Below, one piece after another: positions 55,377 to 64,000 of a stretch of 64,000 nt of DNA; the stretch's first letter is position 1; each line of letters opens with the position of its first letter. Below the pieces are notes generated by a model. It ran no database searches and had not been told where the DNA came from. It saw only the letters and a list, made by a program, of their open reading frames with translations. The stretch is from an uncultured Gammaproteobacteria bacterium. Lineage in GTDB: Bacteria; Patescibacteriota; Microgenomatia; UBA12405. Location: contig CAZCYZ010000001.1 of the NCBI GenBank assembly GCA_964503465.1, positions 405,898-469,897 of the forward strand. The letters are read 5' to 3'. The position numbers and the translations under genes were made by a program.

Positions 55377-57636
55377 ACCTCACATTCTTTGGTTTAACCA
55401 AATTAAGTTTACCGATGTCGCTGATGTCGGGGGTAAAGGTGCAAATTTGGGTGAAATGTACAACCTGGGAATTCCTGTCCCCAATGGTTTCGTTGTCACC
55501 GCTGAAAGCTATTTTCAGTTTATTATCGAAAACAATCTTAAACCACAAATCAAAAATGTTCTTGATATTACCAACATTGACAATCCAAACGAACTCCAAC
55601 AGGCCTCCAAAAAAATCAAAAACTTAATCAGGAAAAGTCCTGTCTCCCATTCTACTGCTACCGAAATTATGAAAGCCTACAAACGTCTAAGCGACTATGG
55701 AGGCCTAAAAAACGTCCCCGTTGCTGTGCGTACCTCAGCCACGGCTGAGGATACCATTGACGCTTCCTTTGCCGGTCAGGGAGAAACCTTCCTAAACGTT
55801 ATTGGCGAAGCAAACGTCATCAATCGTGTTCGTGATTGTTGGGCCAGCCTCTTTACTCCGCGATCAATTTTCTATCAAAGAAAAAAACACTATGACCATT
55901 TTAAGATTGGTGTTGCCGTTCCAGTTCAAAAACTTGTCAATTCTGATATATCCGGAATAGTTTTCACTATTAACCCAGTTACCAACAACAAGTCCCAAAT
56001 AATAGTTGAAACTATTTGGGGACTAGGTGAATACATAGTTCAAGGCAAGGTAACCCCTGATCAACACATTATTGACAAAGTTAACTGGAAAATAATATCC
56101 CAAAATCATACTCATCAAGATATCAAATTAGTTCGTGGTGATGATGAGACCAAGGAAGTCAATGTTCTCAAAAAATTCCAGGACCAAGCTAAAATAACCC
56201 CCGAGATGGCTATTAAGATTGCCAAAATATCCCAAAAACTTCACGACCACTACGGTAAACCTCAAGACATCGAATTTGCTATCGAAAAAGGTAAATTGTT
56301 TATCGTCCAAACCAGGCCAATTACTACTATTGCCGCCAATCAAAAAAGTCTTGCAACCCAAAATCAAATCAACTCTCCCGCCGATTTTAAGGGTGATCCT
56401 GCTAGTCCCGGAACCGCATCGGGAGTTGTCATTGTCATCAAATCTCCCAAAGAAATTCAACGCGTCCAAAAAGGTCAAATTTTAGTTACCACCATGACCA
56501 CCCCCGACTTTGTTCCTGCGATGAAGAAGGTCAATGGCATCATTACCGACAAAGGTGGCCAAACTTCCCACGCAGCCATAGTCAGCCGTGAACTTGGTGT
56601 TCCCTGTATCGTTGGCACCAAAACTGCTACCAGAGACCTTAAAGAAGGTGACACAGTCACCCTTAACGGCACCACCGGAGAAATCTGGAAAGGTAACCTG
56701 ATTGGCCAAAACCCTACCATCAAAATTCCCAAAATTACCACCACCAACCTCAAAACCGCCACCAAACTCTACGTCAATCTGGGTGAACCCGACCTGGCCC
56801 CAGAAATAGCCAAAACCAACGTTGACGGTGTCGGATTACTTCGGGCTGAATTTATGATCGCCAACATTGGTATCCACCCCAAAAAAATGATTGCTGACGG
56901 AAAACGTAAATCATTTATCAACCAGCTGGCCCGGGACATAACTAAGTTTTGCAAAAGTTTCAATCCTCGCCCAGTTATCTACCGAGCCACTGACTTCAAA
57001 ACTAACGAATACCGTTTTCTAAAATGGGGCAAACTCTACGAACCAGAAGAATCCAATCCAATGCTGGGATTTCGGGGAGCTATTCGCTATATCAACTCAA
57101 TTGATGTTTTCTCCATGGAGCTTGAAGCTATTAAAATGGTTCGACAACAAAATAATCTCAAGAATCTTTGGCTAATGATCCCCTTTGTTCACACCCCCAA
57201 AGAACTCCAACAAGTTAAACAAATCATTGCCGATCATGGACTCCTCCGATCACCAACATTTAAACTTTTGATGATGGTTGAAATCCCCAGCAATGTCATC
57301 CTCCTCGACAAATTTATCGATGCCGGTATCGATGGTATTTCCATTGGCAGCAATGACCTGACTATGCTGACCCTAGGTATAGACCGAGACAATAGTGAGG
57401 TTGCCCCTAGTTTCAACGAATTGGATCCAGCTGTTCTTTGGTCTCTTAAACGAGCCGTTACCAAAGCCAAAAAACGGGGGATCACTGCCTCCATTTGCGG
57501 TCAAGCACCAAGTAACTATCCCGAACTCGTCGAAAAACTTGTCAAATGGGGAATTACTTCAATCTCCGTTTCTCCTGATGCCATCAACCGCACTCGCGAA
57601 ATCATCGCCTGGGCCGAAAAGAAAAAAATTACTTAA
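55309..57636 (+). CDS. ppsA: Phosphoenolpyruvate synthase (pyruvate, water dikinase)
   Basis: ILWFNQ...VGGKGANLGEM. Phosphohistidine domain GGQTSHAAIVSRELGVPCIVG. C-terminal PEP-utilising TIM barrel. Start is either ATG 55309 or GTG 55360; both overlap the cupin gene. Confidence 0.8.
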   Translation: MITIDQTKLQRLEVHPIVAGNNKPHILWFNQIKFTDVADVGGKGANLGEMYNLGIPVPNGFVVTAESYFQFIIENNLKPQIKNVLDITNIDNPNELQQASKKIKNLIRKSPVSHSTATEIMKAYKRLSDYGGLKNVPVAVRTSATAEDTIDASFAGQGETFLNVIGEANVINRVRDCWASLFTPRSIFYQRKKHYDHFKIGVAVPVQKLVNSDISGIVFTINPVTNNKSQIIVETIWGLGEYIVQGKVTPDQHIIDKVNWKIISQNHTHQDIKLVRGDDETKEVNVLKKFQDQAKITPEMAIKIAKISQKLHDHYGKPQDIEFAIEKGKLFIVQTRPITTIAANQKSLATQNQINSPADFKGDPASPGTASGVVIVIKSPKEIQRVQKGQILVTTMTTPDFVPAMKKVNGIITDKGGQTSHAAIVSRELGVPCIVGTKTATRDLKEGDTVTLNGTTGEIWKGNLIGQNPTIKIPKITTTNLKTATKLYVNLGEPDLAPEIAKTNVDGVGLLRAEFMIANIGIHPKKMIADGKRKSFINQLARDITKFCKSFNPRPVIYRATDFKTNEYRFLKWGKLYEPEESNPMLGFRGAIRYINSIDVFSMELEAIKMVRQQNNLKNLWLMIPFVHTPKELQQVKQIIADHGLLRSPTFKLLMMVEIPSNVILLDKFIDAGIDGISIGSNDLTMLTLGIDRDNSEVAPSFNELDPAVLWSLKRAVTKAKKRGITASICGQAPSNYPELVEKLVKWGITSISVSPDAINRTREIIAWAEKKKIT

Positions 57637-57637
57637 T

Positions 57638-57976
57638 TTAAGAACGAAATCGTTTAACCACTACGGGTTTATAGTCTCCACTCTCAGTAACTGTTAGTTC
57701 CTGACCATCACGCAAAGTTACTCCCAACGCACCACCAGGTTCAAGCTTCATCTCGACCCCCCCCACTGAAAACTCTGCACCTTTAGACTCTGGACCTCTA
57801 CGTATCCCAACGTATGTAAATTCAGCTGTGTCCGTCACCAGCCCAACTGGCCCGCTTGCATCAGGTAGATCTGCATAACGTTTCCTGTTTGGCGCTCTAA
57901 AACTATTACGCTGAGACCCTTCAATCAAACGAACAGTACTTCCATCCCTTAAAACAATTTCTGTTACCATACACAC
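57638..57976 (-). CDS. Hypothetical protein (112 aa), V/G/R-rich
   Basis: ORF fills the gap between ppsA and rsmI. No recognised motif. Confidence 0.3.
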   Translation of the reverse strand: MCMVTEIVLRDGSTVRLIEGSQRNSFRAPNRKRYADLPDASGPVGLVTDTAEFTYVGIRRGPESKGAEFSVGGVEMKLEPGGALGVTLRDGQELTVTESGDYKPVVVKRFRS

Positions 57977-57987
57977 ACATTATATAC

Positions 57988-58620
57988 TTAAACCCATAAT
58001 ATTACAACTTCCCCCCTTACATCCCCACCCCACTGGTTCTTAATCTCTTCATGTACCTTGGTCATCTCCCGAATTATCCTAAACTCTCCAACACCCAGCT
58101 CTTCAATTTCCTTAATCAATTTTTCTACTCTCCGAGGTGATTCAAACACCACTTTTGCCCCCTCTACCTGACTATATTTTTCCAATATCTTTTTTCTTTC
58201 CCCTGGTTTTTTTGGTAAGAACCCCAAAAAACTAAACCTACCAGTCGGTAAACCGGATAATACTAAAGCATTAGTAATCGCACTTGGCCCAGGCAAGGCA
58301 GTATATTTAATTCCCAATTTTTGACATTTTTTGACTAGCTTCCACCCAGGGTCAGAGAGTAGGGGAGTGCCGGCATCCGAAACCAAACCTACCTCTAAAC
58401 CATCATTCAGCCACTCTATCACTTGAGGAATTTTCTGTTCCTCCACTTCATCATAAACAGCCACCAATCGAGGCTTATTTTTTATTTTTAAAAGCCTAAG
58501 TAGATTTCCTGTTACGCGAGTGTCCTCACAAAGCAAAACATCCACCTTCTCCAATGTCTCCATTGCCCTTAAGGTCACATCACCCAAATTCCCAATTGGG
58601 GTAGAAATTATATACAACAT
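57988..58620 (-). CDS. rsmI: 16S rRNA (cytidine1402-2'-O)-methyltransferase RsmI-like (tetrapyrrole-methylase fold)
   Basis: MLYIISTPIGNLGDVTLRAMETLEKVDVLLCEDTR. Confidence 0.75.
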   Translation of the reverse strand: MLYIISTPIGNLGDVTLRAMETLEKVDVLLCEDTRVTGNLLRLLKIKNKPRLVAVYDEVEEQKIPQVIEWLNDGLEVGLVSDAGTPLLSDPGWKLVKKCQKLGIKYTALPGPSAITNALVLSGLPTGRFSFLGFLPKKPGERKKILEKYSQVEGAKVVFESPRRVEKLIKEIEELGVGEFRIIREMTKVHEEIKNQWGGDVRGEVVILWV

Positions 58621-58623
58621 TTT

Positions 58624-59238
58624 CTAGTTAAATTGTCTAATCACCGCCACCACCCGACCTTTGATTTCCACATTCTTAACATATATCGGCGCCATTTTTG
58701 AATTTGCCGGCTGTAACCTTATTTTGCCATCCTCACGATAAAACCTTTTTAGGGTGGTAAAACCATTCTGCAACACCGCCACCACAATATCACCATTATT
58801 GGCTTCACCTTGCTGCTTAACCACCAAATAGTCTCCACTCAAAATCCCATCATCAACCATTGAGTCCCCCTTGGCCTGAAGTACATAGGACTTATCACCA
58901 GCTTTTACTAGGTTGGAGTTAACCATCAGAGTCGCATTTGGGTCGGTATATGGCTCAATCGGCTCACCACAGGCGATAAAACCCATGATCGGTAACTCCA
59001 AACCCATCTCCTTCGATACATTGTCACCAAGTAACTCAATCCCTCGTACCGCCCCACGATAACGCCGAATATACCCCTTTTTTTCTAATACTGCCAAATG
59101 TTCATGTACCGTTGCTAGTGAGGAAAGTTTCAAATATGTCGCAATTTCAGTTAACGTCGGAGCATAACCATACTTACTAATACAAGCACCAATATAATCA
59201 AGAATTTGTTTTTGCCGACGATAAAGAACTGATGTCAT
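58624..59238 (-). CDS. lexA: LexA repressor
   Basis: N-terminal wHTH (LTEIATYLKLSSLATVHEHLAVLEKKGYIRR) and S24 peptidase GDSMVDDGILSGDYLVV with downstream Lys. Start trimmed to MTSVLYRR. Confidence 0.8.
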   Translation of the reverse strand: MTSVLYRRQKQILDYIGACISKYGYAPTLTEIATYLKLSSLATVHEHLAVLEKKGYIRRYRGAVRGIELLGDNVSKEMGLELPIMGFIACGEPIEPYTDPNATLMVNSNLVKAGDKSYVLQAKGDSMVDDGILSGDYLVVKQQGEANNGDIVVAVLQNGFTTLKRFYREDGKIRLQPANSKMAPIYVKNVEIKGRVVAVIRQFN

Positions 59239-59309
59239 CTCCCCTAAGAATATACACGAATAATACCCGAAATCAACTAGCAAAATCCTGGGTTACAATA
59301 AATATACCG

Positions 59310-61049
59310 ATGATCATTTTCGCCATCATTATTATGCTACTACTAAACCCAGTATCGACTCAGGCTAATAGTGGCGACTTTAGTCTCCGCCAAGATATCA
59401 ATTATTATTTCGACAATAATGGCCATGCCTCCGTCCAACATCATTACCAGATCATCAATAACTTTTCTCAAATTTACCCCCAGGAATACACTCTCGAATT
59501 CCCTGGTACTGACATTGACAATATCAGCGCCCACGACAACGTCGGTAATATTCTCACCAAAGTGCAAAAACAATCCGACCATTTAGACATCTTACTCAGA
59601 TTTAATCGCCCTCAAATTGGTAAAAATCAAGCCACCATCTTTACCCTTTCTTATCGCCAATTGAACCTAGCCAAACCCAAAGGCACCACTCGAGAAATTG
59701 AACTACCGCAGTTTACATATCCCAACGACAACGACGTCATAAACCTTTACCTCGATATACCTTCAAATTACGGTGAACTCTCATTTTCCTCGGTCGGCCA
59801 ACCCCAAGTTAGTCCCACCGGGACTCGCCTTCAACTTACTCTTACTAATTCCCAAATTAAAAATCACAAAATCCTTTTAATCTTTGGTAATTACCAACTT
59901 TTTGACTTTGACCTATCCTATCTTCTCAAAAATCCCAACCAACAACCAATCACCACTGAAATCAGTTTGCCACCCGACACTTCTGGCCAACAAATACTTT
60001 TTCGTTCTATCACTCCACTACCCCAAAACGTTCGCTCTGACCCAGACGGCAACTGGCTGGCCTCCTACCAGCTTAATCCAAATCAACAATTAGAAATAGA
60101 GGTTCTTGGTCAAGCTAAGATTTTTCCCCCCAAATTTACCCCGATATCTATCGACCAATCTATCTATCTTCAGGAACAAAGATTCTGGCCTGTCAACTCC
60201 CCAAGTATCAAAAACATCGCCCTGTCACTCACCACTCCAAAAGATATCTACAACTTTGTCACCAACAAATTAACCTACAATTACAACCTCATTACTCAAG
60301 CTAAACGAAGAGGAGCCATTTCCGCTCTCGAATCACCCGATAATTCTCTTTGTACCGAATTTACCGATTTGTTTGTTACTCTCGCTCGCGCCAAAAATAT
60401 TCCGGCTAGAGAAATTGAAGGTTATGCTGTCACCAACAATCCAAAAATTAAACCTATCAATACCAACACCGACATTCTTCACGCTTGGCCTCAATACTAT
60501 CATTCCCAAAAACAAACCTGGATCGATGTTGATCCAACCTGGGGAAAAACCACCCACGGTATTGACTATTTTAACGAGCTTGATCTTAATCATTTTACTT
60601 TCACTATCCACGGCCTTAATAGCCAACTTCCCCCACCACCAAACAAGTCAGTCCTGGTTACCTACGCTACAGACAACCTGCCACCCACCGACTTCCCTCC
60701 GGAAATCAGATTTGACCAAAATAGAATCCTTCAAAATCCTACTATCGTCATCAGGAATCTCAACAATCACTCACTAACCAATCTTACTGTCGATCTTTCC
60801 GCAGCATCATTTTCGGCTAAAATTGACCATCTTCCACCGTTTGGCCACCAAATCATCAAACTCCCCAAAATATTTTGGTCTCAAATCTTAAATTTTGAAG
60901 TTCACGCTGACGAATCCCCCTCAAAACAAATACGAATTACCAACAATTTCCACTACCTTCATCTTTGTCTCCTAATTGCCACCCTGATCACTTTCCTCTC
61001 CATAGGCGGTATAATACTGACTATTGGCAGGACACACAAATCAACATGA
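59310..61049 (+). CDS. Secreted transglutaminase-like cysteine protease family protein
   Basis: Signal-peptide-like start MIIFAIIIMLL. CTEFTDLFVTLARAKNIPAREIEGYA followed by HAWPQYY...DVDPTW (transglutaminase-core Cys/His/Asp). C-terminal TM helix. Confidence 0.5.
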   Translation: MIIFAIIIMLLLNPVSTQANSGDFSLRQDINYYFDNNGHASVQHHYQIINNFSQIYPQEYTLEFPGTDIDNISAHDNVGNILTKVQKQSDHLDILLRFNRPQIGKNQATIFTLSYRQLNLAKPKGTTREIELPQFTYPNDNDVINLYLDIPSNYGELSFSSVGQPQVSPTGTRLQLTLTNSQIKNHKILLIFGNYQLFDFDLSYLLKNPNQQPITTEISLPPDTSGQQILFRSITPLPQNVRSDPDGNWLASYQLNPNQQLEIEVLGQAKIFPPKFTPISIDQSIYLQEQRFWPVNSPSIKNIALSLTTPKDIYNFVTNKLTYNYNLITQAKRRGAISALESPDNSLCTEFTDLFVTLARAKNIPAREIEGYAVTNNPKIKPINTNTDILHAWPQYYHSQKQTWIDVDPTWGKTTHGIDYFNELDLNHFTFTIHGLNSQLPPPPNKSVLVTYATDNLPPTDFPPEIRFDQNRILQNPTIVIRNLNNHSLTNLTVDLSAASFSAKIDHLPPFGHQIIKLPKIFWSQILNFEVHADESPSKQIRITNNFHYLHLCLLIATLITFLSIGGIILTIGRTHKST

Positions 61050-61462
61050 AAAAAATACTCCGCTTCACCCTACTGTTTGTTTTTGTCCTCATTAGCACCA
61101 ATCAATTGTTGGGCAATCTCATCTTCCATCAGCCCCCAACAACTATTATCAAAGTCGCCTTCATTGTTGCTATTTTCGAAATAGTCCTCAAGCCGATCAT
61201 CAAAATACTTCTTCTTCCAATTAACCTACTCACTCTTGGACTATTTCGCATTGTTATCAATACTCTCGGCCTCTTTCTGGCAACTTTTCTTCTTGCTGAT
61301 TTCGAAGTTGGCAACATTAATTCTCCCGCACAAAATTTTTGGGGGGTATCGATTCCACCGATTCACCTCACAGGATTTATTGCTTACCTGGCAACCTCTG
61401 TTACCATTAGTCTGACTTTTAATTTGTTTCGCTTAATTCTTACTAAATCAATTAAAAAATGA
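61046..61462 (+). CDS. Small polytopic membrane protein (Phage_holin_4_2-like / DUF-type)
   Basis: LLPINLLTLGLFRIVINTLGLFL motif. Start at MKKILRF. Confidence 0.45.
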   Translation: MKKILRFTLLFVFVLISTNQLLGNLIFHQPPTTIIKVAFIVAIFEIVLKPIIKILLLPINLLTLGLFRIVINTLGLFLATFLLADFEVGNINSPAQNFWGVSIPPIHLTGFIAYLATSVTISLTFNLFRLILTKSIKK

Positions 61463-61674
61463 TCAAAAACATTATTTTCTCAGTCCACATTTTCCTTTCT
61501 GTTGTTCTGACTCTTCTTATTTTTCTTCAGACGAGTTCCGATAGCGAATCGCGTAACAATATCCTCTCCTCCACCAGTTTTGAAAAAAGAGGCTGGGAAA
61601 AGACTATGTTTTATTTGACCATCTTTATTCTCCTGGTTTTTCTTCTCTCGTCAGTTATCCAGACATTTATTTAA
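61459..61674 (+). CDS. secG: Preprotein translocase subunit SecG
   Basis: 71 aa. MIKNIIFSVHIFLSVVLTLLIFLQ, then a flexible region and a second TM helix. Confidence 0.55.
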   Translation: MIKNIIFSVHIFLSVVLTLLIFLQTSSDSESRNNILSSTSFEKRGWEKTMFYLTIFILLVFLLSSVIQTFI

Positions 61675-61682
61675 CCCTCTCT

Positions 61683-63014
61683 TTGATCACTAAAATCCAT
61701 TTCAAGCTCGAGATTCTGTTTTTTTATTTCAAAAAAAATATCCCCTACATCCTTGTTGGTTTGGCCATTGGTTCGGCTATCTATGCCACTAGAAAACAAA
61801 TTCTTAACCTTTACCACACACTTCATGTCCCTGTTAAAATCATTGGTCTCGATGGTCTCTACACCAAAAACAACCTCCCCGAAGAAGTAACAAATTCCAT
61901 CAGTTATGGCTTAACCATCAATTCCGAAAACGATAAACCAATCTTATCACCACTCGTCATTTCTTATGATTCTCAAAACAACAATCTCGAATATCTCTTT
62001 AATCTACAACCCAATCTTTACTGGCATTCAGGAAAAAAATTTACTTCCCGTGACATCAATTATCAATTTAATGGCGTCAAATTAGAACCAATTTCTGACA
62101 ATCTCATTAAAATATCGCTTGATAAACCATTCTCCCCCATACTTTCACTCCTAAGTCAGCCACTTTTTTCGAACGGTCTTGACGGCCTTGGACCATATCA
62201 GGTCGGCAACATTAAAACTAAAGAAGGCTACATCAGATCCATAGAACTAAAACCTAAGCTATCAGGTCAAGGCAAGCTAATTTATCGATTTTATCCCAAT
62301 GAAATTGATCTCATTCGTGCCTTTCAATTGGGTGAGGTAGATGAAATCCGTACTACCCAACTACCTTCCGAACTAACCGATTCCCACGACGTTACCATTA
62401 CTCCCAATGTCCCCACCAACCAACGATATTTGGCTGTCTTTTTTAATACCGACAATCTCAAGGAAAAACAACTTCGACAAAGTTTAGCCTATGCCACACC
62501 AAAAACCCGCGATAAAAATGAACGCTGTCTTGGTCCCATTTCTGCCAATTCCTGGGCCTACAATTCAAGCATCAAAGAATATAATTTCAATCCCACTCGA
62601 GCCAAAGAATTATTTCAAAAAAACCCCATCGACAAAATCCGATTAACCATCCTTGATCGTCGGCTTCTTCCCCAAGCCGAAATCATCAAAGACTCCTGGC
62701 AAAAAATCCTTAAAATTAACTGCGAAATTGTCATCGAAAATCAATTAAATCACCAAGAATTCGAGGCTATTTTAGCCTATGGTGGTATTCCCCACGATCC
62801 AGACCAATACTATTTTTGGCATTCTACTCAAACCGAAAGCAACATTACCAAACTCAACAACTCTCGAATCGATAAGCTCCTCGAAGAGGGACGTCAGATT
62901 ACTGATCCTATCGAACGCAAGAAAATTTATCAAGATTTCCAAAAATATCTCCTTGAAGAAATGCCAGCAGTTTTCTTAAACTATCCTACCACTTATACGA
63001 CCACCAGAACATAA
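61683..63014 (+). CDS. Solute-binding protein family 5-like (oligopeptide/nickel type), membrane-anchored
   Basis: N-terminal TM helix. WHSGKKFTSRDINYQF resembles the SBP_bac_5 signature. Tentative. Confidence 0.4.
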   Translation: MITKIHFKLEILFFYFKKNIPYILVGLAIGSAIYATRKQILNLYHTLHVPVKIIGLDGLYTKNNLPEEVTNSISYGLTINSENDKPILSPLVISYDSQNNNLEYLFNLQPNLYWHSGKKFTSRDINYQFNGVKLEPISDNLIKISLDKPFSPILSLLSQPLFSNGLDGLGPYQVGNIKTKEGYIRSIELKPKLSGQGKLIYRFYPNEIDLIRAFQLGEVDEIRTTQLPSELTDSHDVTITPNVPTNQRYLAVFFNTDNLKEKQLRQSLAYATPKTRDKNERCLGPISANSWAYNSSIKEYNFNPTRAKELFQKNPIDKIRLTILDRRLLPQAEIIKDSWQKILKINCEIVIENQLNHQEFEAILAYGGIPHDPDQYYFWHSTQTESNITKLNNSRIDKLLEEGRQITDPIERKKIYQDFQKYLLEEMPAVFLNYPTTYTTTRT

Positions 63015-63018
63015 ATCT

Positions 63019-63234
63019 ATGACCCCACCCAAACCCGACTACATCGGTATTGCCATCTTAACAACTCTTTTTCTTCTTCTCACTTACGCTAGTTATTTAT
63101 CCTACAAAAGTATCGACTGGACCATCCTCAAACGTCTTGAGACCACCAAACTAGTTCTTCCCACTCCAATACCGGCCACCCCTTCCACCCCTTCCGCCGC
63201 CACCGCTTCCCCCTCCGCCAAACCAAACCTTTAG
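63019..63234 (+). CDS. Small membrane protein with P/S/T/A-rich tail
   Basis: One TM helix followed by PATPSTPSAATASPSAKP. Confidence 0.3.
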   Translation: MTPPKPDYIGIAILTTLFLLLTYASYLSYKSIDWTILKRLETTKLVLPTPIPATPSTPSAATASPSAKPNL

Positions 63235-63237
63235 TGT

Positions 63238-63693
63238 CTACAATTCCTTTCCAAACATTGACTTGATGTCGCCAGACAAATCATCCAATTCAGTTTTATA
63301 TTCCGTAAACCCCTCTTTTGTCGCAAAATCGTACATTCCTGGAAATTGCTTCTTATAGGTGTTAAGTGACAAACTCTTAAAACCGTTCTTGATCGCAAAT
63401 GCTACAATTTCTTTGTACATCTTTCGCCAAATTCCCTTCTTCCGAAATTCTTCCAAAACACCTACATTCCATATGTGCAAGTCACTTTCCTTCCGATAGC
63501 AAATAGCAAAACCCACAATCCTCTTTTTAATCTTTGCCGATATCAACAAACCATTATTGACTCTTTCTATCCACTTCGACTTCAGGTGGTACCTTTCCTT
63601 CTCCTCTCTACTCGGCCTAAAAACTTTTTCTGCCACATCAAGAACTTCATCTAATTCTTCTATCCTATTTAGACTTAACACAACATCATTCAT
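63238..63693 (-). CDS. GNAT family N-acetyltransferase
   Basis: VGFAICYRK...WNVGVLEEFRKKGIWRKMYKEIVAFA acetyl-CoA binding motif. Confidence 0.65.
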   Translation of the reverse strand: MNDVVLSLNRIEELDEVLDVAEKVFRPSREEKERYHLKSKWIERVNNGLLISAKIKKRIVGFAICYRKESDLHIWNVGVLEEFRKKGIWRKMYKEIVAFAIKNGFKSLSLNTYKKQFPGMYDFATKEGFTEYKTELDDLSGDIKSMFGKEL

Positions 63694-63997
63694 AAAAATG
63701 TTTCCCTTGCTGCTCCGCATGGACTAAACCACAATGAATCCGTCGGTTGACGGACTGTCCCACCATCTTCTTGACATAGTATCGACCCTTGCTAGTTTTT
63801 AACTCTCTTTCTCTTTTTACGGCGGCGTACTTATCACCAAACTCTTCTTTGTATACTAACTCAAAAGGTTTATTCAAGCCCGTAAATCTCCCACCACGTC
63901 CAGAGTTGTGCTCCTTAATTCTCCTACCAAAATCACCAGTATATCCGGTATAAAACTTACCATTTAACAAGCTTCTCAAAACATAAACGCACCACAT
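63686..63997 (-). CDS. GIY-YIG nuclease domain protein (UPF0213-type), second paralogue
   Basis: VYVLRSLLNGKFYTGYTGDFGRRIKEHNSG GIY-YIG motif. Confidence 0.7.
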   Translation of the reverse strand: MWCVYVLRSLLNGKFYTGYTGDFGRRIKEHNSGRGGRFTGLNKPFELVYKEEFGDKYAAVKRERELKTSKGRYYVKKMVGQSVNRRIHCGLVHAEQQGKHFYE

Positions 63998-64000
63998 CGG

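Noticed and set aside
1-64000. Alternative genetic code (UGA recoding, as in some CPR lineages)
   Set aside because: Many genes terminate at TGA (for example at 1250-1252) and long ORFs show no in-frame TGA. Standard code 11 fits.
1-64000. CRISPR array
   Set aside because: No regularly spaced direct repeats were seen. Short tandem repeats at 12497-12530 and 28520-28560 encode TP/T-rich protein linkers, and the 7-mers at 46233-46260 are only four units.

Overview
This window reads as a gene-dense, low-GC segment of a small bacterial genome. The gene content (DUF4012, GT39/GT-C, compact Mur enzymes, many tiny overlaps) suggests a Candidate Phyla Radiation / Patescibacteria-type organism. Standard genetic code: genes end at TAA, TAG or TGA, and no in-frame TGA was seen.

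Layout, left to right:
- 1-10.5 kb: a surface-polysaccharide or glycosylation cluster. It holds an O-antigen-ligase-like protein, a GT39/GT-C enzyme, GT4 and GT2 glycosyltransferases, a ManC-type nucleotidyltransferase, a WbaP-like phospho-sugar transferase and a DUF4012 protein.
- 10.5-12.4 kb: recO, then glyQS and a small lipoprotein.
- 13-28.7 kb: a rearranged division/cell-wall (dcw) cluster. The order is rsmH-ftsL-ftsI-murE-[Ate/Bpt-like ORF]-murC-murA-mraY-[NlpC/P60-like]-[CysK-like PLP enzyme]-[CarB-type ATP-grasp]-ftsW-murG-[small ORF]-ftsA-ftsZ. A clean rho-independent terminator follows ftsZ.
- 28.8-35.5 kb: ileS, a second SEDS protein (rodA-like), rplU-rpmA, an orphan parB, lepB, tRNA-Val and an L,D-transpeptidase.
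- 35.5-42.3 kb: a minus-strand block of unusual composition. It contains a 786-aa secreted ConA-like/PGAP1-like hydrolase, an Ig-like membrane protein, tRNA-Thr and tRNA-Gly, a LysM protein and an ArsR regulator. A plus-strand GT2-GT2-O-antigen-ligase trio is embedded in it.
- 42.3-64 kb: housekeeping genes (ndk, Nudix, tRNA-Asp, PolX-like, LemA/HtpX, dnaE, rplS, tRNA-Lys, lgt, ABC exporter, ung, CDP-alcohol phosphatidyltransferase, tRNA-Glu, holA-like, cupin, ppsA, rsmI, lexA, transglutaminase-like protein, secG, SBP5-like protein, GNAT). Two small GIY-YIG nuclease genes also sit in this stretch.

The most notable observations:
(i) Protein-coding genes repeatedly start 2-7 nt after tRNA 3' ends. 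At one site a GIY-YIG gene sits between an intact tRNA-Lys and an exact duplicate of its 3' half, and that duplicate in turn immediately precedes lgt.
(ii) A three-gene module (cytosolic NlpC/P60-like, CysK-like PLP enzyme, CPSase-type ATP-grasp ligase) is inserted between mraY and ftsW.
(iii) An Ate/Bpt-like ORF of about 190 aa is wedged between murE and murC.

All calls are made by eye from motifs. No database search was possible.
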